Of a stretch of 64,000 nucleotides of DNA, positions 61,097 to 64,000 are shown piece after piece. Position 1 is the stretch's first letter; each line of letters opens with the position of its first letter. The notes below the pieces were generated by a model. It was not told the origin of the DNA. It saw only the letters and a program-made list of their open reading frames with translations, and ran no database searches. Origin of the DNA: Trichoplax adhaerens (lineage: Eukaryota > Animalia > Placozoa); assembly GCF_000150275.1 (NCBI RefSeq), contig NW_002060943.1, forward strand, positions 12,843,694 to 12,907,693. Reading direction: 5' to 3'. A program made the position numbers and the translations under genes.

Positions 61097-64000
61097 CGAA
61101 AACTTGTGCTCTAAATAAAGCAAAAGTGTAATATCATATCTATGTCTGCTCTTACTGTGTCCAGACATGAAATTATAGTGTTTAAATTGTACAATGAATT
61201 CTTGTAGCTTATTTGATAGAAAATTAAACTGCCTATCTTTCGTTTTCGTAAAAGTAACATTTAAAATGATCTTATTACTATTAAATCACAGTATTCACTT
61301 ATGCAAAATTTAGGCTTTAAACATGGAGTCATTCGAGCACTTTAGTATTGAAAGGTCATGAGGAAGATTTAGGCTGTTTAAAGAATTATTACATCCGCTA
61401 TTTCTTTTTGTATAACGTTATCATAGATATCTGTGGAAAGAACTTCCACTCAAACTAATGAGATCAATGCTACCTTCTACGTAGGTTAATTAAAGATATA
61501 CGCTAAATCTTATGGAAATACAACAAAATAATAGTCTTAAGGTAGCATGCTTTCAGGAAAAACTTTTTTAACAGTTAAGAAAAAGCGTGAATACTAGCAC
61601 GACATGTATGATCGTTTATTTCGAATAAATATCATCCTTAGACTTAAACAGAAAGGTTTTCAATCAATCTATAATCTTTGAAGCATAATATAAAGCTATT
61701 GAATTCAATATGAACGGTTAGATATCAAGAAGAAATTGAATGTGTGTATTTCTAACGATCAATCCTATCATTTAGCTCATTCTCTTATAACAAATGCTGA
61801 GTCGTGAATTTGGTAACTACTACTTATAGGGTCATGGGTTCTAGTAGTAAGGCTCGATGGTAAAGAGTAAGTTAACGGCACCAGTCCATAGGAGACTAAT
61901 GGTGTCAAAGATACTTTATTTAGGTATTAGAATAGTTAAATGCCATTACTGAGTAATTTAGAACCGATAGCTGTATCCCTAAAGTGAGAATGTAGGGGAA
62001 TTCATTCTGATATCTAGCTACGTATAGAATACGTTGTCTAAGTTGCTACTGTAATATTCAGCAATAAGTTCGGTACAGAACTGTTTTAATTAGCTAACCT
62101 AGGGAGACAATTTTATTGAGAGATAGTTCCGTAGTCGGGATAGAAATTTTACTTATTACACTTCCTTTTCGTTTTAGATATATAACAAAAATTACAATAG
62201 AATTCAAGAGTATATGATTCACAAGAATTTGCGATATAGAGAGTATGTTTCGAACGATCAGTTCTCGATTTGTTTTATTTTCACACATCGAATACCAACT
62301 GCGGTACTACGTTACTGGTAACAAATTTAGTAATCAGCTTCTATTTCTATTTTAGCTATACGACAAAGAAGCCTATATGATTTTAAATTAATAACCACTT
62401 CTTTAAATTGTCGAAGAAAGGAAAGAAATCATCCGATTACGATAAAATATGCATTAGAAAATATTCTTTATTCCATAACTTACGTCAAATTTTTCTCTGT
62501 CCCTTCCACGATCGTGTTTGTACTTCCAATCCAATAATGAATATTTACCGTAGAATAAAAACCATCCTATAGGATGGGTTAAATTTATTCGAAACTGCTT
62601 GCCTGCGATTTGATGCCAGGAGCAGGAAACTGATTTTGGTGCTTGTATACCGTTGCGTAGATACGAGCTATTCATTCCGATCACACTCGGACACTCGGAT
62701 AGCAGGACGGGTTTCCACTTCTCTAATTAGTACGCAGAATTTAAATTTATTTTTGCAAATGGTGCATTATATACCACAAATAGCAGGCACTTCTATGTAA
62801 TATGCTATAATGGAAAGATTTATTAATTCTCTATCCTGTTTTAATACAACAAATTCGTGTTTTAGCACATTACCCGCTATTCAATACTGCTTGGAATGGC
62901 AGAAAAGATAAAATAGCGGTATTAAAAACGGTATCTTAATGGTTATTCAATTTAAAATTATTCCTACATTAATAAATGATATAATGGCTTTTTAATAATT
63001 TTATCATATAAAGAAACTATCGTAGAATAACCATTAAAATAAATGGTTTTATAAACTATCTCAGTACTAAATTTCAGTGCAATAGTAATTACATTTCCTA
63101 TGTTCATTGGTTCTAATACAATCTAAAGTTTCTAGAAATTACGATACGTGACAGAATTATTAGACCAATAAAGAACATTTCTTTATTTATTTATTATGAT
63201 AAATAAGTAAGTGTTTCTTTTGGTCAGTTAAAATTGCTATCCATCAAACTAAATGTAAGGATTTAATAAAAAATGACACCTAGCTCGGCATTAAATTAAG
63301 TATCCTACTAAATAAAATTATCAGATCATTTACTTTATGGTATTGGATTCAGAAGTTGAAAAATGACCTTCAATCTTATCCCCTGCAGTTCTCTCAAGTT
63401 TAGTGCAATATTTGAAAAAATAATTATTAAATTTGGTATCAAATTGATAGAAGTCCGTGATAAAATGTCTTCTCAAAAATACAACAAGAACTACAGTTTC
63501 TTGTAAACTTCACTTTAAGGCATAAAATTAAGTTTGTCTTCCAACTACTAAGGTCTGCCAAACTGCAACCAGACTATCTTTGGACTATCTAGCGTACAAT
63601 TTAAACTATTCTCGTACAATCTTGGATCGTAATCTAAGCTATTTTGAGGCTGTACTACAAAATGATGTCTGCATGCTGGTTCTGTAGCATGTTATGCTTT
63701 CAAAACTACTTGATTTCTTCATAAATAAATGATTATGATTAAGGCCTAACTATGAATTTTGAGATACTTCTAATACAATTTTCTAAAGATAAAATATCGT
63801 TTTGGCAAGATCAAGTACTTTATCAGCAGCTGATCCTTAACTATTATATCTACTAAATCGTAATTCAGTTTAAGTAACGAACTCAAATGGAATCAATTTA
63901 AGTGAATGCTTGTTCAAGATATTCTTAACCAACTGACAAACTGATAGAATAATAAAACATTGCAAGGAGAGCCAATAAACCCCAGTAGTCAATTAAACTG

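Noticed and set aside
61200-64000. Short ORFs 62094-62288 and 62454-62684
   Set aside because: No motifs and AT-rich composition. Likely vasohibin 5' intron/upstream or intergenic DNA.

Overview
AT-rich, intron-containing animal genomic DNA. The short GT-AG introns, compact housekeeping genes and an intronless 42-aa 'QGKYDDAL..LGENHP' TPR gene resemble Placozoa (Trichoplax); this is an inference. The right half (29.5-61.1 kb) is a strictly strand-alternating run of conserved genes: RDH11/12/13-like SDR(-), PLD3(+), TRIP11/GMAP-210(-), C14orf119/DUF4508-like(+), UTP4(-), ANGEL(+) and vasohibin(-). The convergent ANGEL-VASH pair matches the arrangement of both human paralogous pairs. The left half (1-29 kb) is accessory. 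It holds the 5' part of an unidentified gene, a decayed gene relic, an RDH-type SDR with a 1-bp frameshift, and a minisatellite hit by small TG...CA/solo-LTR-like elements with 5-bp TSDs. It also holds a ~6 kb putative cadherin-repeat fossil directly upstream of an intact mucin-EGF-SEA-EGF3-TM gene, an intact and a decayed TPR gene, and several tandem repeats. I found no rRNA, tRNA, CRISPR array or autonomous transposon ORF. All exon structures were read by eye, and no novel multi-gene system can be claimed with confidence.
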